In this document: positions 11,860-25,360 of the stretch, in pieces
How positions within the stretch are numbered: position 1 is the first letter of the stretch
Layout of the letters: each line of letters begins with the position of its first letter
NCBI GenBank assembly: GCA_951406725.2
Contig: OX597836.1
Coordinates: 31,806,001 to 31,870,000 of the forward strand
From: Octopus vulgaris
Lineage: Eukaryota
DNA: 64,000 nucleotides
Direction of reading: 5' to 3'
The notes under the pieces: model-generated
What the model saw: only the letters and a program-made list of their open reading frames with translations
The model's database searches: none
What the model was told of the DNA's origin: nothing
Program-made: the position numbers and the translations under genes

Positions 11860-12372
11860 CATACACATAAACACATTCACATACATACACATAAACACAC
11901 ATATACTCACACACATTCACAGATATACATACACATATACATACACATATGCATATATACACACACATTCAGATATACACACACTCACATATATACACAC
12001 ACCACCACATACACATATACACACACTCACAGACACACGTACATGTACACACACATGTAAACACATACACACCCTTTTAAGGCCCTCATGCTTTCCGAAA
12101 TCCGCCGAAACTTCACCTGATTATATATACACTTTAGATGAGTTGTAGTGCACCTGAGCACTGTACACAATTATTATTATTATTATTATGTACACACATG
12201 TACTTGAATGTACTCACACACACATGTACATGCATGTACGTACACACATGCACATATACTTACACACTCACATATACACATATATACACACACACACATA
12301 TATACACACGCAAACACATACATTCACACACACACACATATATACACATGCAAACACACACACACACACACA
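11860..12372. repeat. Degenerate (AC/AT)n tract containing a CR1 3'-end fragment
   Basis: Direct reading. Confidence 0.9.
12077..12188 (+). mobile_element. CR1-type LINE extreme 3' fragment
   Basis: gtgcacctgagcactgta plus (ATT)n tail shared with 31945-31996. Confidence 0.7.
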
Positions 12373-12373
12373 A

Positions 12374-12734
12374 AATGGGATTCTTTCAGTTTCCATTTAC
12401 CAAATCCACTCTCAAAGCAATTGGCTTGCTCAGGCCTGTAGTAGAAAATACATGTTGAAGGCGTCACACAGTAGGACTCAACCTGAATCTACATAGGTGG
12501 AAAGTGCAAAGCCAATTTTGTCTGGCACTTAATTTCATATCTAACATTCACACACACACACACACAATAGGATTCTTTCAGTTTCCATTTACCAAATCCA
12601 CTCACAAAGCAATTGGCTTGCTCAGGCCTGTAGTAGAACACACATTTTGAAGGCGTCACACTGTAGGACTCAACCTGTATCTACATAGGTGGAAAGCGCA
12701 AAACCGATTTTGTCTGGGGCTTAATTTCATATCT
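12374..12734. repeat. ~190-bp tandem duplication of a decayed SINE A head plus flank
   Basis: 12374-12543 vs 12566-12734. Confidence 0.85.
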
Positions 12735-13340
12735 ATCTACGACATGACTAGTTCTTAATTCATTTGTCTTGTTCCATAATAAACTGTTTAAATACTGTGC
12801 GTTAAAGTAACTACCAGAGTACATTTCCTCTGTGTTCAATATTTCTTATGTTGGCTTTGGGGATTCAAATATCGCATTTATAAGTGATGGCTTTAAAAAT
12901 CTGATTTTACACGTGCTAATGGAAAGTCTACCAGGTCGTTCAGTACGTTACTTTCCAAGCATTACATATTCTGCGTTCACTTTCACAATTTGATTATTTC
13001 ACAATTGCGCATATATAAACCATGCACCTGTCATTTGTAAATATCAAATCGTAATTGCAGCTCACACAAGAACTGTTTGATTTCTCCCTGTCCATCAGAA
13101 CAGTGCATGGAACCTTCTTAAAACACCATCTCAGTACCAAATGCAGGTCATTTGGTCATTTATTAAGCTTATCTCTACTGATTTGCTATACAAATTATGG
13201 CCAGAACTTATTCGGGTTACAACGGTTTGTATCTGAGATGGTAGATGTAAACAAACAATGATTTCTCAGATATGAAGTGTCATAACAAAATCAGTTAAAT
13301 GATGATGATGATGATGATGATGATATATATATTATATATA

Positions 13341-13748
13341 AGCGCAGGAGTGGCTGTGTGGTAAGTAGCTTGTTTACCAACCGCATGGTTCCGGGTTCAG
13401 TCCCACTGCATGGCACCTTGGGCAAGTGTCTTCTACTATAGCCTCAGGCCGACCAAAGCCTTGTGAGTGGATTTGGTTGATGGAAACTGAAAGAAGCCCA
13501 TCGTATATATGTATATATATATATATGCGTGTGTGTGTTTGTGTGTCTGTGTTTGTACCCCTAGCATTGCTTGACAACCGATGCTGGTGTCTTTATGTCC
13601 CCATTACATAGCGGTTTGGCAAAAGAGACCGATAGAATAAGTACTGGGCTTACAAAAGAATAAATCCCGGGGTCGAGTCGCTCGATTAAAGGTGGTGCAC
13701 CAGCATGGCCGCAGTCAAATGACTGAAACAAGTAAAAGAGTAAAAGAG
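13341..13748 (+). mobile_element. SINE family A, full length
   Basis: Head, internal microsatellite and (gtaaaaga)n tail. Confidence 0.9.
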
Positions 13749-13979
13749 AGTATATTCATGCCACTACATCTCTCAGTCACTGAGGAAATGATAAGGGACC
13801 CGGGAGATGTGGTGATTTGCTGTACTTGATAAGACACGTCAAGCTAAGTAAAATTGTGGTCTTCCACACACACACGGGCTTGTCCTTTCAGGTGCTGGAG
13901 CTGCATTATTGCACCTGTTCTGGTGCTGTGTAAATGCACCCATACTGGTAACACATAATAAGCACCCAGCACACTCTTA

Positions 13980-14332
13980 TTTCTTTATTGCCCACAAGGG
14001 GCTAAACATAGAAGGGACAAACAAGGACAGACAAAGGGATTAAGTCGATTACATCGACCCCAATGCATAACTGGTACTCGATAAATTAAGTACCAGTTAA
14101 GCACTGGGGTCGATATAATCGACTTAATACCTATGTCTGTCCATGTTTGTCCCCTCGGTGTTTAGCCCCTTGTGGGTAATAAAGAAATAGGTACTTAATT
14201 TATCGACCGCCCCCCCCGAAAGGATGAAAGGTAAAGTCGACCTCAGTGGAATTTGAACTCAGAACACAGCGGCGGACGAAATACCACAAAGCATTTCTCC
14301 GGCATGCTAACGTTTCTGCCAGCTCGCCGCCT
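13980..14332 (-). mobile_element. SINE B containing an inverted 5'-truncated SINE B
   Basis: Plus-strand fragment ~14079-14189 flanked by ggtact duplication. Confidence 0.8.
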
Positions 14333-14498
14333 TAAGCACCCACCACATTCTGTTAAGGGGTTGGCATTAGGAAGGGCACCCAACCATAGAAACCATGCCA
14401 CAACAGACAGTTGGAGTCTGGTCAGCTCCCTGCTAGCAAGTTCCATGTCAAGCTGTCCAACGCATGCCAGCATGGAAAGCAGATATTAAACGATGATG

Positions 14499-14627
14499 AC
14501 ACACACACACACACACTTCACACACATACATACACTTCACACACACACACACACACACACTTCACACACACACACACTTCACACACACACACTTCACACA
14601 CACTTCACACACACACACTTCACACAC

Positions 14628-14676
<49 letters not shown>

Positions 14677-14924
14677 ACACTTCACACACACACACACACT
14701 TCACACACACACTTCACACACACACACTTCACACACACACATTTCACACACACACACACACACACACTTCATACACACACACACACTTCACACACACACT
14801 TCACACACACACACACACACACACACACTTCACACACACACTTCACACATACACACACACTTCACACACACACACTTCACACACACACTTCACACACACA
14901 CACACACTTCACACACACACACAC

Positions 14925-14961
<37 letters not shown>

Positions 14962-15078
14962 CACACACACACATTTCACACACACACACACTTCACACAC
15001 ACACACACTTCACACACACTTCACACACACACACACACACACCCTCCACAGACACACACCCTCCACAGACACACACAC
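14499..15078. repeat. (CA)n microsatellite punctuated by CTT
   Basis: Direct reading. Confidence 0.95.
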
Positions 15079-15465
15079 AAAGTTTGCTGTTCATAAGTTA
15101 AAGAAGAAGTGCACTCATTATGAGAAATTGAATGTTTATATTTTCGTATTGCTGAGCAGAATATTCCTGGTTAAAATATACAAATGGTCAGGCTGTTACA
15201 AACAGTTTCATATTGACTATTACACTCAACAATATCGGCAACTCTTCAGAGACCTTGCTGCTTTCTGCTTGCTAACTAGTCATCAGCATTGCCAAGTGAA
15301 TTAGTCAGAGCAAATCTATTGGTAACTGTCTGACCAGTTATATGATATCATCAGGAACATGCTGCTCAACAATATACACACATACATACACAACACAACA
15401 AGCTTCTTTCAGTTTCCATCTGGCAAATTCTTTTGCAAGGCATTTTTTGGCCCAAGGTTATAGTA

Positions 15466-15991
15466 CAGTGTTTCTCAAAGTGGGTGGGGGCGATGGAAAG
15501 ATCCAGAGGGCCATTGAAGAAAAATGGGGCGATAATGGGGGTGATCAAAATGGGGCAATGGATGTAAAAAAAAAAAAAAAAAAAAATATATGTATATATA
15601 TGTGTGTATATGTGTTTGTGTGTCTGTGTTTGTCCCCCTAGCATTGCTTGACAACCGATGCTGGTGTGTTTACGTCCCCGTCACTTAGCGGTTCGGCAAA
15701 AGAGACCAATAGAATAAGTACTGGGCTTACAAAGATAAAGTCCCGGGGTCGATTTTCTTGACTAAAGGCGGTGCTCCAGCATGGCCGCAGTCAAATGACT
15801 GAAACAAGTAAAAGAGTAAAAGAGTAAAATAAAGGGTTAGTTAGGTTAATTTTAATTTGTGAAATACTGTTGTTTTGAATTTGCTGCAGAAAATGGTCTT
15901 TGTCTCTGGTGGTGAGTGGGGGTGGGGGGTCACTAGTAATGTGGCCTTAGAACCAAGAGGATGGCAGCCTGAAAAAGTTTGGGAACCACTG
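15466..15991. mobile_element. hAT-type MITE inside a SINE A, itself interrupted by a SINE A 3' part
   Basis: Ends cagtgtttctcaaa / tttgggaaccactg; 8-bp TSD ttatagta/ttatggta. Confidence 0.7.
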
Positions 15992-16091
15992 TTATGGTAG
16001 AAGATACATGTTCAATATGCTGCCCAGTGGGAATGAACCCAAAACCACATGGTTGAAAAGTGAACATCTTAACCATGCTATGTTTTATATA

Positions 16092-16386
16092 TCATCATCA
16101 TTTAGTGTCTGCTTTCCATGCTAGCATGGGTTGGACGGTTCAGCAGGGGTCTGGGAAGCCAGAAGGCTGCACCAGGCCCAGTCTGATTTGGCAATGTTTC
16201 TACGGCTGGATGCCCTTCCTAACGCCAACCACTCGGAGAGTGTAGTGGGTGCTTTTTACGTGCCAGACGAGGCTGGCAAACGGCCACGATTGGATGGTGC
16301 TTTTTATGTGCCTCCGGCATGGAGGCCAGTCGGGGTAGTGCTGGCAACGGCCACATTCGATGGTTCTCTTACGTACCACTGGCACT
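16092..16386 (-). mobile_element. Retroposon family E
   Basis: Reverse-complement match to 5975-6259. Confidence 0.75.
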
Positions 16387-16889
16387 GAGTATGCACATAG
16401 GTGCAGGCAGGACTGTGTGGTAAGAAGCTTGCTTCCCAACCACATGGTTCCAAGTTCAGTCCCACCGTGTGGCACCTTGGGAAAGTGTTTTCTACTATAA
16501 CCTCAGCCTCACCATCTTTTCCTCACACTGGTCATCTCAGCCATTTGAATCTTGACTACAAATAAAGCCACAAGTGATAGGACACCTGTAAGACATCAAC
16601 TCCAGTGACCGCCTGGTACTTATTTTAATGACCCCATAAGGATGAAGGGCAAAGCTGACCTTGGTTAAATTTGAACTCAGACTATAATGACTATTATTTC
16701 AAATTTTGGCACAAGGCCAGCAATTTTTGAGGGGAAGAGTTAGTTAATTTTATTGACTGTAGTACTTGACCGGTACTTTATTTTATTGACTCTCAAAGGA
16801 TGAAAGGCGAAGTTGATCTCATAAAAAGCTGGAAGATACGTCACTAAGCAATTTTCTGATGCCCTAAGGATTCTGACACTCTGCTACCG

Positions 16890-17212
16890 TAATAACAATA
16901 ATCCTTTCTATCATAGGCACAAGGCTTGAAATTTGGGGGAGGGGGATAGTCAGTTACATTGACCCCAGTACTCAACTGGTACTTGATTTATCAACTCTTT
17001 CCTACACTAGGCACAAGGCCCGAAATTTCTGGGAACAGGGATGGTCTATTAGATCAACCCCAGTACACAACTGGTATTTAATTTATTGACCCTGAAAGGA
17101 TGAAAGGTAAAGTCGACCTCGGCAGAATTTTAACTCAGAACATAATGACAGATGAAATACTGCTAAGCATTTCATCCAGCGTGCTAACGATTCTGCTAGT
17201 TTGCCATCTTAA
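16890..17212 (-). mobile_element. SINE B variant (B2 tail, ggccttgtgcctatag) with duplicated tail
   Basis: Shared head and core with SINE B, different 3' end. Confidence 0.7.
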
Positions 17213-17279
17213 TTAATAATAATAATGAAGGACTCTCCTGTCGAAAACAACATATGAGCATTCAGCTTTTACCAAAGTA

Positions 17280-17580
17280 GTGGAGGTACATGGCCTAGTG
17301 GTTAGAGCAGTGGACTTGCTATCAAGGGATCGCAGGGTCAAATCTCAGACCAGGTGGTGTGTGTGTTTATGAGTGAAGCACCTAAGCTCCATGCGGCTCT
17401 GGCAGGAGGTAATGGTGAACCTCTGCTGACTTTTTTGCCCCAACTTTCTCTCACTCTTTCTTCCTGCATCTTGTAGCTCACCTGCGATGGGCCAGCGTCA
17501 TTCATGTGGGGAACCTATATGCCAAGGAAACCGGGAAACTGGCCCTATAAGCCAGGCGTGGCTCGAGAAGGAACAAATAA
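17280..17580 (+). mobile_element. SINE family C
   Basis: Matches 1183-1493. Confidence 0.8.
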
Positions 17581-18245
17581 CTCTGTAAAGTAAATGTTAG
17601 AAAGTGTATCTGGCCATAGAAACCAAGACAGGATAGAAATTTGTTGATCGATGTGTGGTTCTTAGGTCATATGCAGGAGGGGAATAACCCCAAACAACAA
17701 CTGATTCAAATCATGACAAACTGTTCAGCCCATGCCAGCATGGAAAGTGGTCATAAAATGACTAAGAAGATGATTCAAATGCCATTAATTCTATAATCAC
17801 CAATAGATATGATATCTTTTGCATGCAAAAATAATATCGATCAAATGTAAAGAAACCATAGAGTTTATCCAAACTTTGAATTTTGCTGTTTTCTTCCCAC
17901 AAGGGATTAGCATTTGAAATGTCAAAAGGCATTATAGAGTTTAAAAAAATGGAAACATTGACATTTTCATTTAATTATCACATGACTATCTATATGATGT
18001 AATATAAGTCTATTGGTTTTCTTTAATTTGCAATTAATAATAAATCCAATAATTTTCTGTTAGCATACTCTGTCGATGGACATAGCATGGCTTAATGGTT
18101 AGTAAATTTGCTTTGCAACCATGAGATTTCAGGGCCAATGCCATCAAAAACATCTTTGGTAAGTGGCTCTTACCAAAGCTTGAGATTGACCCAAGACTTG
18201 CAAGTGAAGCTGCTTAGTCAGAAAGTGTGTAGAAACCTTCTAGAT

Positions 18246-18734
18246 CAGTGGTTTTCAACTGGGATCCACATGACTCTTGTGGATCTATAGAAGATTTGGG
18301 GGGCTCCACACAAGCAAAATAGTATATTAAGGATCTGTGAAAAAATTTTGCTTGAGATGTCTTTTATTCCAAGAAACAGCTAGGTTTCTTTCTCTGACAA
18401 TTTACATAGTACAAACTACACAAGTTAACGGGTGAAAAACAAAATAGGGATTTTGTGAGAAGTTTCTACAAAACTCATTTTTAAACACTGAATGGCTCTG
18501 GGGATCCACCAGAATAAATTAGCAATCAAAGGGATCCCAAGATAAAAAAAAATAGTTGAGAACCATGTTTTATATAGTTTAACGTACAGAAGTTAATTTG
18601 TGAAAAACAAAATAGGAATTTTGAAAGAAGCCTCAATAAAACTAGATTTTAAACATCAAATGGCTATAGGGGTCCACCAGAATAAAATAGTAATCAAAGG
18701 GGTCCACAGATTGAAAATGGTTTTGAAACTTTTA
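18246..18734. mobile_element. hAT-type MITE with duplicated 3' part
   Basis: cagtggttttcaac...gttgagaaccatg; 8-bp TSD ttctagat at 18238-18245 and 18735-18742. Confidence 0.65.
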
Positions 18735-18796
18735 TTCTAGATGGACTGTAGCTGTAATTTTAGGGTTCAATTTTGTACAAAATTTTTGCCAGAGAA

Positions 18797-19027
18797 TTAA
18801 TCCTTTTGCATTTAAACCAGCTTTATCCAGCCCAAATTTCCTACTTGTTTTACGTTCAAAAACTGGCCAGATCCACTATTTCACACCTACCCTACAATGT
18901 CATTCAAAAAAATAAACAACCACATCATTGAAACCTTGAAGCTATAAGATAAAGCATGATTAATTCAAAACACTGTGAATCAATAAGCCTTACATTTGAT
19001 GGAGTGGTCTGAATGCTAAAGCATTAA
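18797..19027. mobile_element. TTAA-flanked piggyBac-type MITE, family 2
   Basis: TTAA ends, cc(c)ttttgcatt-type TIR; inverted relative at 34481-34678. Confidence 0.55.
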
Positions 19028-19383
19028 AGATACATGTCTGTGGAATTATCAGCCAATTACATGTTTATTCAATAAGCAGTTAGTCCAGGTAATCAAACAA
19101 CTGAATACTCATCAATTGAAATCAATGGAGATTCATTTATTTTGGAGATGACATAAGATGACTGAGTGTGTAAATGGTTAAGTCTGACAAACCACCACAC
19201 AACCAATTGAAAACCTAATTACTTATAATGTGTTTTTGTATTCAATATATAATCAAAACATAATTCAGAGCAATTAACGAGCAATTTTTATTGTTACTTA
19301 GCTCCAGGGGATCCTAAAAAAAACTTCGTTTTCCTGATTATTTTAAGCAGTGTTTCATTTTATATGGTGTCCTTCCCAACCAG

Positions 19384-19717
19384 TGAAGGCACATGGCTCA
19401 GTGGTTAGAGCGTAGAGCTTACAATCATGAGGTTGTGTGTTCCATTCCAGGACCAGGCTGTGTGTTGTGTTCTTGAGCAAGACACTTTATTTCACGTTGC
19501 TCCAGTTAACTCAGCTGTAGAAATGAGTTGTGACCTCACTGGTGCCAAGCTGTATCGGCCTTTGCCTTTCCCTTGGATAACATTGGTGGTGTGGAGAGGG
19601 GAGGCTGGTATGCATGGGTGACTGCTGGCCTTCCACAAACAATCTTGCCCTGACTTGTGCCTTGTGGGGGTGACTTTCTAGGTGAAATCCCATGGTCATT
19701 AATGACCGAAGGGGGTC
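19384..19717 (+). mobile_element. tRNA-derived CORE-like SINE (family D)
   Basis: tggctcagtgg A box; tgtgttcttgagcaagacacttt...cagctgtagaaatgag resembles the CORE domain (the octopus OR2 SINE is a reported CORE-SINE). Confidence 0.7.
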
Positions 19718-19944
19718 TCCTCCCTCCCAACCAATTTGTTGTGAGAGACACTGCATAAAATGCTCTAAATCAGAAGGCACGGAGGTCCATGTGTGATGCT
19801 GGAGTAGAATGCTTTGAAACCAAAAGCAAGAGAGTGCATTAAGAGAGGAACAGACATTGTCATCAACCCTCTGTGGTTGTTGTTCAGGGTCACTCATAGT
19901 GCCCACAGTGCCACAGGATCCACTTATCTTGTGTTGGTTTTGTT

Positions 19945-20185
19945 GTGGAGGTGCATGGCTTAGTGGTTAGGATGTTGGACTCATGATCAAAAGATTGGGG
20001 TTTCGATTCCTGGACTGGGTCATGCATTGTGTTCTTGAGCACATTGCTCCAGTTCATTCAGCTGGCAAGAATGAGTAATCCTGGGATGGACTGGCGTCTC
20101 ATCCAGGTGGGCAATGTATATGTCATGAAATCAGGAAACCGGCCCTTATGAGTCAGTATGACTCAATGAAGTAACCTCGACCTTA
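19945..20185 (+). mobile_element. SINE family D
   Basis: Head and core match 56935 and 59193. Confidence 0.7.
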
Positions 20186-20267
20186 CCCTTTTTCTTTTTT
20201 AGAGGAGGATAACTGTCTTGGATCAACACTGACATCACTTTTGATGAACTATTATAAGCAAAGTAAG

Positions 20268-20541
20268 AGCAGGAGCAGTTGTGTAATAAGTGGCTTGCTT
20301 CCCAACCACATGGTTATGGGTTCGGTTCCACTGCATGGCACCTTGTCAAGTGTCTTCTACTATAGCCTCGGGCCAACCAAAGCCTTGTGAGTGGATTTGG
20401 TAGGCAGAAGCTGAAAGAAGCCCGTTGTGTATATATATAAATATATAAATATATATATATATATATATAGATAGATAGATATGTTTATGTTTATGCTTTC
20501 CAGTTTCAGCTCTTGAGCTGTGGCCATGCTGGGGCACCGCC

Positions 20542-20592
<51 letters not shown>

Positions 20593-20770
20593 TAGATAGA
20601 TAGATAGATATAGATATATATATATATAGATATATGTATATATGTTTGTGTGTTTGTGTTTGTCCCCCCAACATTGCTTGACAACCAATGCTGATGTGAT
20701 TACGTACCCGTAACTTAGTGGTTCAGCAAAAGCGACTGATAGAGTAAGTACTAGGCTTACAAAGAATAAT
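20268..20770 (+). mobile_element. SINE family A, 3'-truncated by minisatellite
   Basis: Head, body, then transition into the AATAATTGAAAG array. Confidence 0.75.
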
Positions 20771-20775
20771 TCTTA

Positions 20776-21522
20776 GAACTAATAATTGAAAGAATAACTG
20801 AGAGAAATAATTGAAAGAAATTATTGAAAGAATAATTGAAAGAATAATTGAAAGAGTAATTGAAAGAATAATTGAAAGAATAATTGAAAGAGTAATTGAA
20901 AGAATAATTGAAAGAATAATTGAAAGAATAACTGAAAGAATAACTGAAAGAAATAATTGAAAGAAATTATTGAAAGAATAATTGAAAGAATAATTGAAAG
21001 AATAATTGAAAGAGTAATTGAAAGAATAATTGAAAGAATAACTGAAAGAAATAATTGAAAGAAATTATTGAAAGAATAATTGAAAGGATAATTGAAAGAA
21101 TAATTGAAAGAATAACTGAAAGAAATAATTGAAAGAGTAATTGAAAGAATAATTGAAAGAATAACTGAAAGAAATAATTGAAAGAGTAATTGAAAGAAAT
21201 AATTGAAAGAATAATTGAAAGAAATAATTGAAAGAGTAATTGAAAGAATAATTGGAAGAAATAATTGAAATAAATAATTGAAAGAATAATTGAAAGAAGT
21301 AATTGAAAGAAATTATTGAAAGAATAATTGAAAGAATAATTGAAAGAAATAATTGAAATAAATAATAGAAAAAATAATTGAAAAAATAATAGAAAAAAAT
21401 AATTGAAAGAAATAATTGATAGAATAATTGAAAGAAATAATTGAAAGAAATTATTGAAAGAATAATTGAAAGAATAATTGAAAGAGTAATTGAAAGAATA
21501 TCTGAAAGAAATAATTGAAATA
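20776..21522. repeat. (AATAATTGAAAG)n 12-13-bp minisatellite
   Basis: Direct reading, roughly 60 units. Confidence 0.95.
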
Positions 21523-21526
21523 ATAT

Positions 21527-21760
21527 AAGGTGGAGAGCTTGCAGAAACGTTAACACACCGAGCAAAATGCTCAATGGTATTTCGTCTGTCTTTATGTTCT
21601 GAGTTCAAATTCAGCCAAGGTCGACTTTGCCTTTCATCCTTTTGGGGTTGATAAATTAAGGACCAGTTACGCTCTGGGGTTGATGTAATCGACTTAATCC
21701 CTTTGTCTATCCTTGTTTGTCCTCTCTATGTTTAGCCCCTTGTGGGCAATAAAGAAATAA
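21527..21760 (+). mobile_element. SINE family B
   Basis: Matches 2765-2998 and 43568-43801. Confidence 0.85.
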
Positions 21761-22490
21761 GAAATAATTGAAAGCTGAATCTAAATACAGCCATACATCA
21801 GAAATAATCAGTAAAAGTTATATATATGGTTAGACTGACCGGGTAGGATTCTCCAGGAACTTCCAAATATTCTTCAACTCCTGCATCGCCAGACTGAAAC
21901 ATAGAGAAGAAAGAAACTGTTAAAGAAATCTTCAATAATAATAATCATGTGATTAACCATGCAGATCCTCAACACCAACCGGCACTGACTTCCCTCATTC
22001 TCTAATACTTTAACTCCCATGTCCCCTAGCATAAAGCTGACTCCCATCTCCCCCAGTCCTGCAAGCTGCTTGGTGGCTTCAGCAGTGCTGGTGGTATGAA
22101 AAAAAGGACACAATACATGGTGAAAAGTGATTGGATTTAAGCAGAGCATCCAGGCATAGAAACCATTGCCAGAGCTGACAGTGGAGCATAATGCAGTCGT
22201 TGGACCCATCGGATCCTGTTATACAGGCCAATCCATACCAGCATGGAACATGGATGATAGATGATGATGAAGAATAATGACAGTAGTGTCCCATTGTGAT
22301 GTGTTCTAACATCAGCATAAAACCATCTTGTGAAGGGAGGTAAACAAAATACTTAGCAGCTTTCTTCCAATACTTTACTTCCTGAGTTCAAATGCTGCTG
22401 AGGTCAACTTTGCCTTTCACCCTTTTAGGGTCAAAACAACAAAATATCAGTCAAACACTGGTGTCAATGTAAATGATTTACCCAACTTTT

Positions 22491-22717
22491 AATAATGAAA
22501 CTATTGTATACAGTGCTCAGGTGCACCACAACTTGTCAAACTTACATACAAAGCATATGCAGTAATGTACAAATGTCTGGGAAGTGAACGGTGTATGAGT
22601 CAGATACATGCTTGCGTGTGTATGGAGGGGAGAAAACAAGTGTAGTGTTGGCAAATCTCAGGAAGCATGGAAGTTTTGATGGATGCAGTGCTCTGATAAC
22701 CAACAACTGGTGCTGGG
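22491..22717 (-). mobile_element. CR1-type LINE 3' fragment
   Basis: Reverse-complement match to 31755-31985. Confidence 0.8.
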
Positions 22718-22871
22718 ACCAACAGCTCAAAATTGCTGGCCTTGTACCGAAATTAGAAAGATTATCACAGGAATTATTATAAGGTTACACAGAGTGGCAA
22801 CAAGAAATTGTGAAGGAAGTAAAATTCATAAAGAAAGCAAAGAAGTTATATGAATGAGAAAGTTAGTATAA

Positions 22872-23498
22872 AGTACTACAGGTGTGAGTATATGTTGGGG
22901 AGTGTTAGTATATGGAATTATTAAACAGAGACTAAGAAAGTAGTCTACAGGTGTGAGTATATGTTGGGGAGTGTTAGCATATGGAATTACTAAACAGAGA
23001 CTAAGAAAGTAGTCTACAGGTGTGAGGATATTTTGGGGAGTGTTAGCAGATGGAATTATTAAACAGGGAATAAGAAAGTAGTCTACTGGTGTGAGGATTT
23101 TTGGAGGAGTGTTAGCATATGGAATTACTAAACAGAGACTAAGAAAGTAGTCTACAGGTGTGAGGATTTTTGGAGGAGTGTTAGCAGATGGAATTACTAA
23201 ACAGAGACTAAGAAAGTAGTCTACAGGTGTGAGGATATTTTGGGGGAGTGTTAGCAGATGGAATTATTAAACAGGGAATAAGAAAGTAGTCTACAGGTGT
23301 GAGGATTTTTGGAGGAGTGTTAGCAGATGGAATTACTAAACAGAGACTAAGAAAGTAGTCTACAGGTGTGAGGATATTTTGGGGGAGTGTTAGCATATGG
23401 AATTATTAAACAAAGACTAAGAAAGTAGTCTACAGGTGTGAGGATATTTTGGGGGAGTGTTAGCATATGGAATTATTAAACAGGGAATAAGAAAGTAG
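22872..23498. repeat. 69-70-bp minisatellite, 9 copies
   Basis: ctacaggtgtgag-type anchor recurs at 22876, 22945, 23014, 23083, 23152, 23221, 23291, 23360 and 23430. Confidence 0.95.
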
Positions 23499-23761
23499 GC
23501 AATGCTAACAAAATTTGAACTCTGAAGAACTTTTCATATTGATTCCCTTTTGATATGGTCATTAACATTAAAAGAGAAATAATGGTTTGATTAGTTCCAT
23601 CAAGGTCCATACCGAAAGGCTTAGGTTTAGCAGTGGAAGCTGATGAAACAATTGCCAATTATACAGGTAATTAAGTGTCATTAGAGCATCCATTAGTATG
23701 TAATTAACATGACTAGCTGTGATTCTATATTGATTAACGTGAGACTGAATATAATCACACC

Positions 23762-23797
<36 letters not shown>

Positions 23798-23811
23798 TAA
23801 TAATGATGATG

Positions 23812-23856
<45 letters not shown>

Positions 23857-23910
23857 GTAATGATAATAATAATAATGATAATAATAATAATGATAATAAT
23901 AATAATAATG

Positions 23911-23963
<53 letters not shown>
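23762..23963. repeat. (AAT)n microsatellite
   Basis: Direct reading. Confidence 0.95.
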
Positions 23964-24572
23964 TTATCATAATCATTAATTAATATCTTTTCATTCATCT
24001 ACCTGTCACAAAAAAGCACATATACATACGAAATGTATATACAATATATACATACAATATATTGTATATACAGTATATACAATATATTGGAACATATTAA
24101 AAATTTGCCAGTCATACAATACAAATACAATGCACAATGTATGGAAGCACAGGGGCAGCTGTGTGGTAAAAGGTTTGCTTCCCAACCACATGGTTCTAGG
24201 TTCAATCCCACAACACAACATCTTGGGAAAGTGTCTTTTATTGTGGCCTGGGGCTGGCCAAAGCCTTATGAGAGGCTTTTGTAAACAGAAACTGGAAAAT
24301 GTCTGTCATATATATATATATAATAATTATTGTTATTTGAAGGAATAAATCCAAACTTACAAAGAAAAAATTCAATTTAGAAATACTAAATCAAATTTCA
24401 CACAATATTATATATATCTATTATATACGTTTTTATTATTATTTTTTGCAATTTACTTAATCATCGACATTTTATTGTTATTTTAATTTCAATATTTCTA
24501 TTATATGTAATTTTCTAGATGTAATTTAATTGTTCATTTTGAATTGATAAAAGGTGTTTTTTTTAAAAATTT

Positions 24573-24617
<45 letters not shown>

Positions 24618-25001
24618 GGACAGACAAACGGATTAAGTCGATTATATCGACCCCAGTGCATAACTGGTACTTTTTTAATTGACCCTGAAAGTCGACCTTG
24701 GCGGAATTTGAACTCAGAACATAGTGGCAGATGAAATACTGCTAAGCATTTCGTCCAGTGTGCTAAAGATTCTGCCAGATCACCGCCTTTGAACTCTGAT
24801 TCTTGATGATTTACTGCCCACAAATGATTAATTCTAAATAATGACAATTTTTCTGTTTTCTTCAAAACATTTTTCCTGTCCTTTTCTTTGTTTTCAGAAA
24901 ACTTTGTACACATAACTTCCATAGAAGCCATTTTATGCCCATCTGATGAAACATTATTATTAACCTTTACATGGAATTCCAAGTGATGGTAACCATTTTC
25001 T

Positions 25002-25229
25002 TTAACCCTTTCGTTACTGTATTTATTTTGAGATGCTCTGTGTTTCTTTCAATTACTTTAAATATAACAAAGAATTTAGTAAAATAACTTAATTAGCATT
25101 CAGCTAGTGTTAGGAACATAAATTGTGCCAAAGGTTGGTGGAAGATTTTAATTCAGAACTTTTGAAAACAAGATGTTTGTACTACAGAACCAGAGGCGGT
25201 TTCAGCCAGGTTGGTATTGAAAGGGTTAA
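25002..25229 (+). mobile_element. piggyBac-type MITE family 1
   Basis: TTAA-CCCTTTC...GAAAGGG-TTAA; copies at 26862, 46084, 61372 and 63528. Confidence 0.85.
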
Positions 25230-25360
25230 TGACAGTTACTAATCTCTCTCTCTCTCTCTCCATAAGCACAAAATCCTGTAGCCTGATGTAGCTGCTATAC
25301 ACAGTGTATGCCTGTAGAAAGTTATTAATAACAGAACAAAACATTTTGTAATGTCAGCTT

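Noticed and set aside
14411-15304. 297-aa His/Thr-rich ORF
   Set aside because: Translation of (CA)n microsatellite
20967-21608. Long Phe/Asn/Gln/Leu ORFs
   Set aside because: Minisatellite translations
22872-23498. CRISPR-like periodicity
   Set aside because: Whole unit repeats with no unique spacers; eukaryotic context
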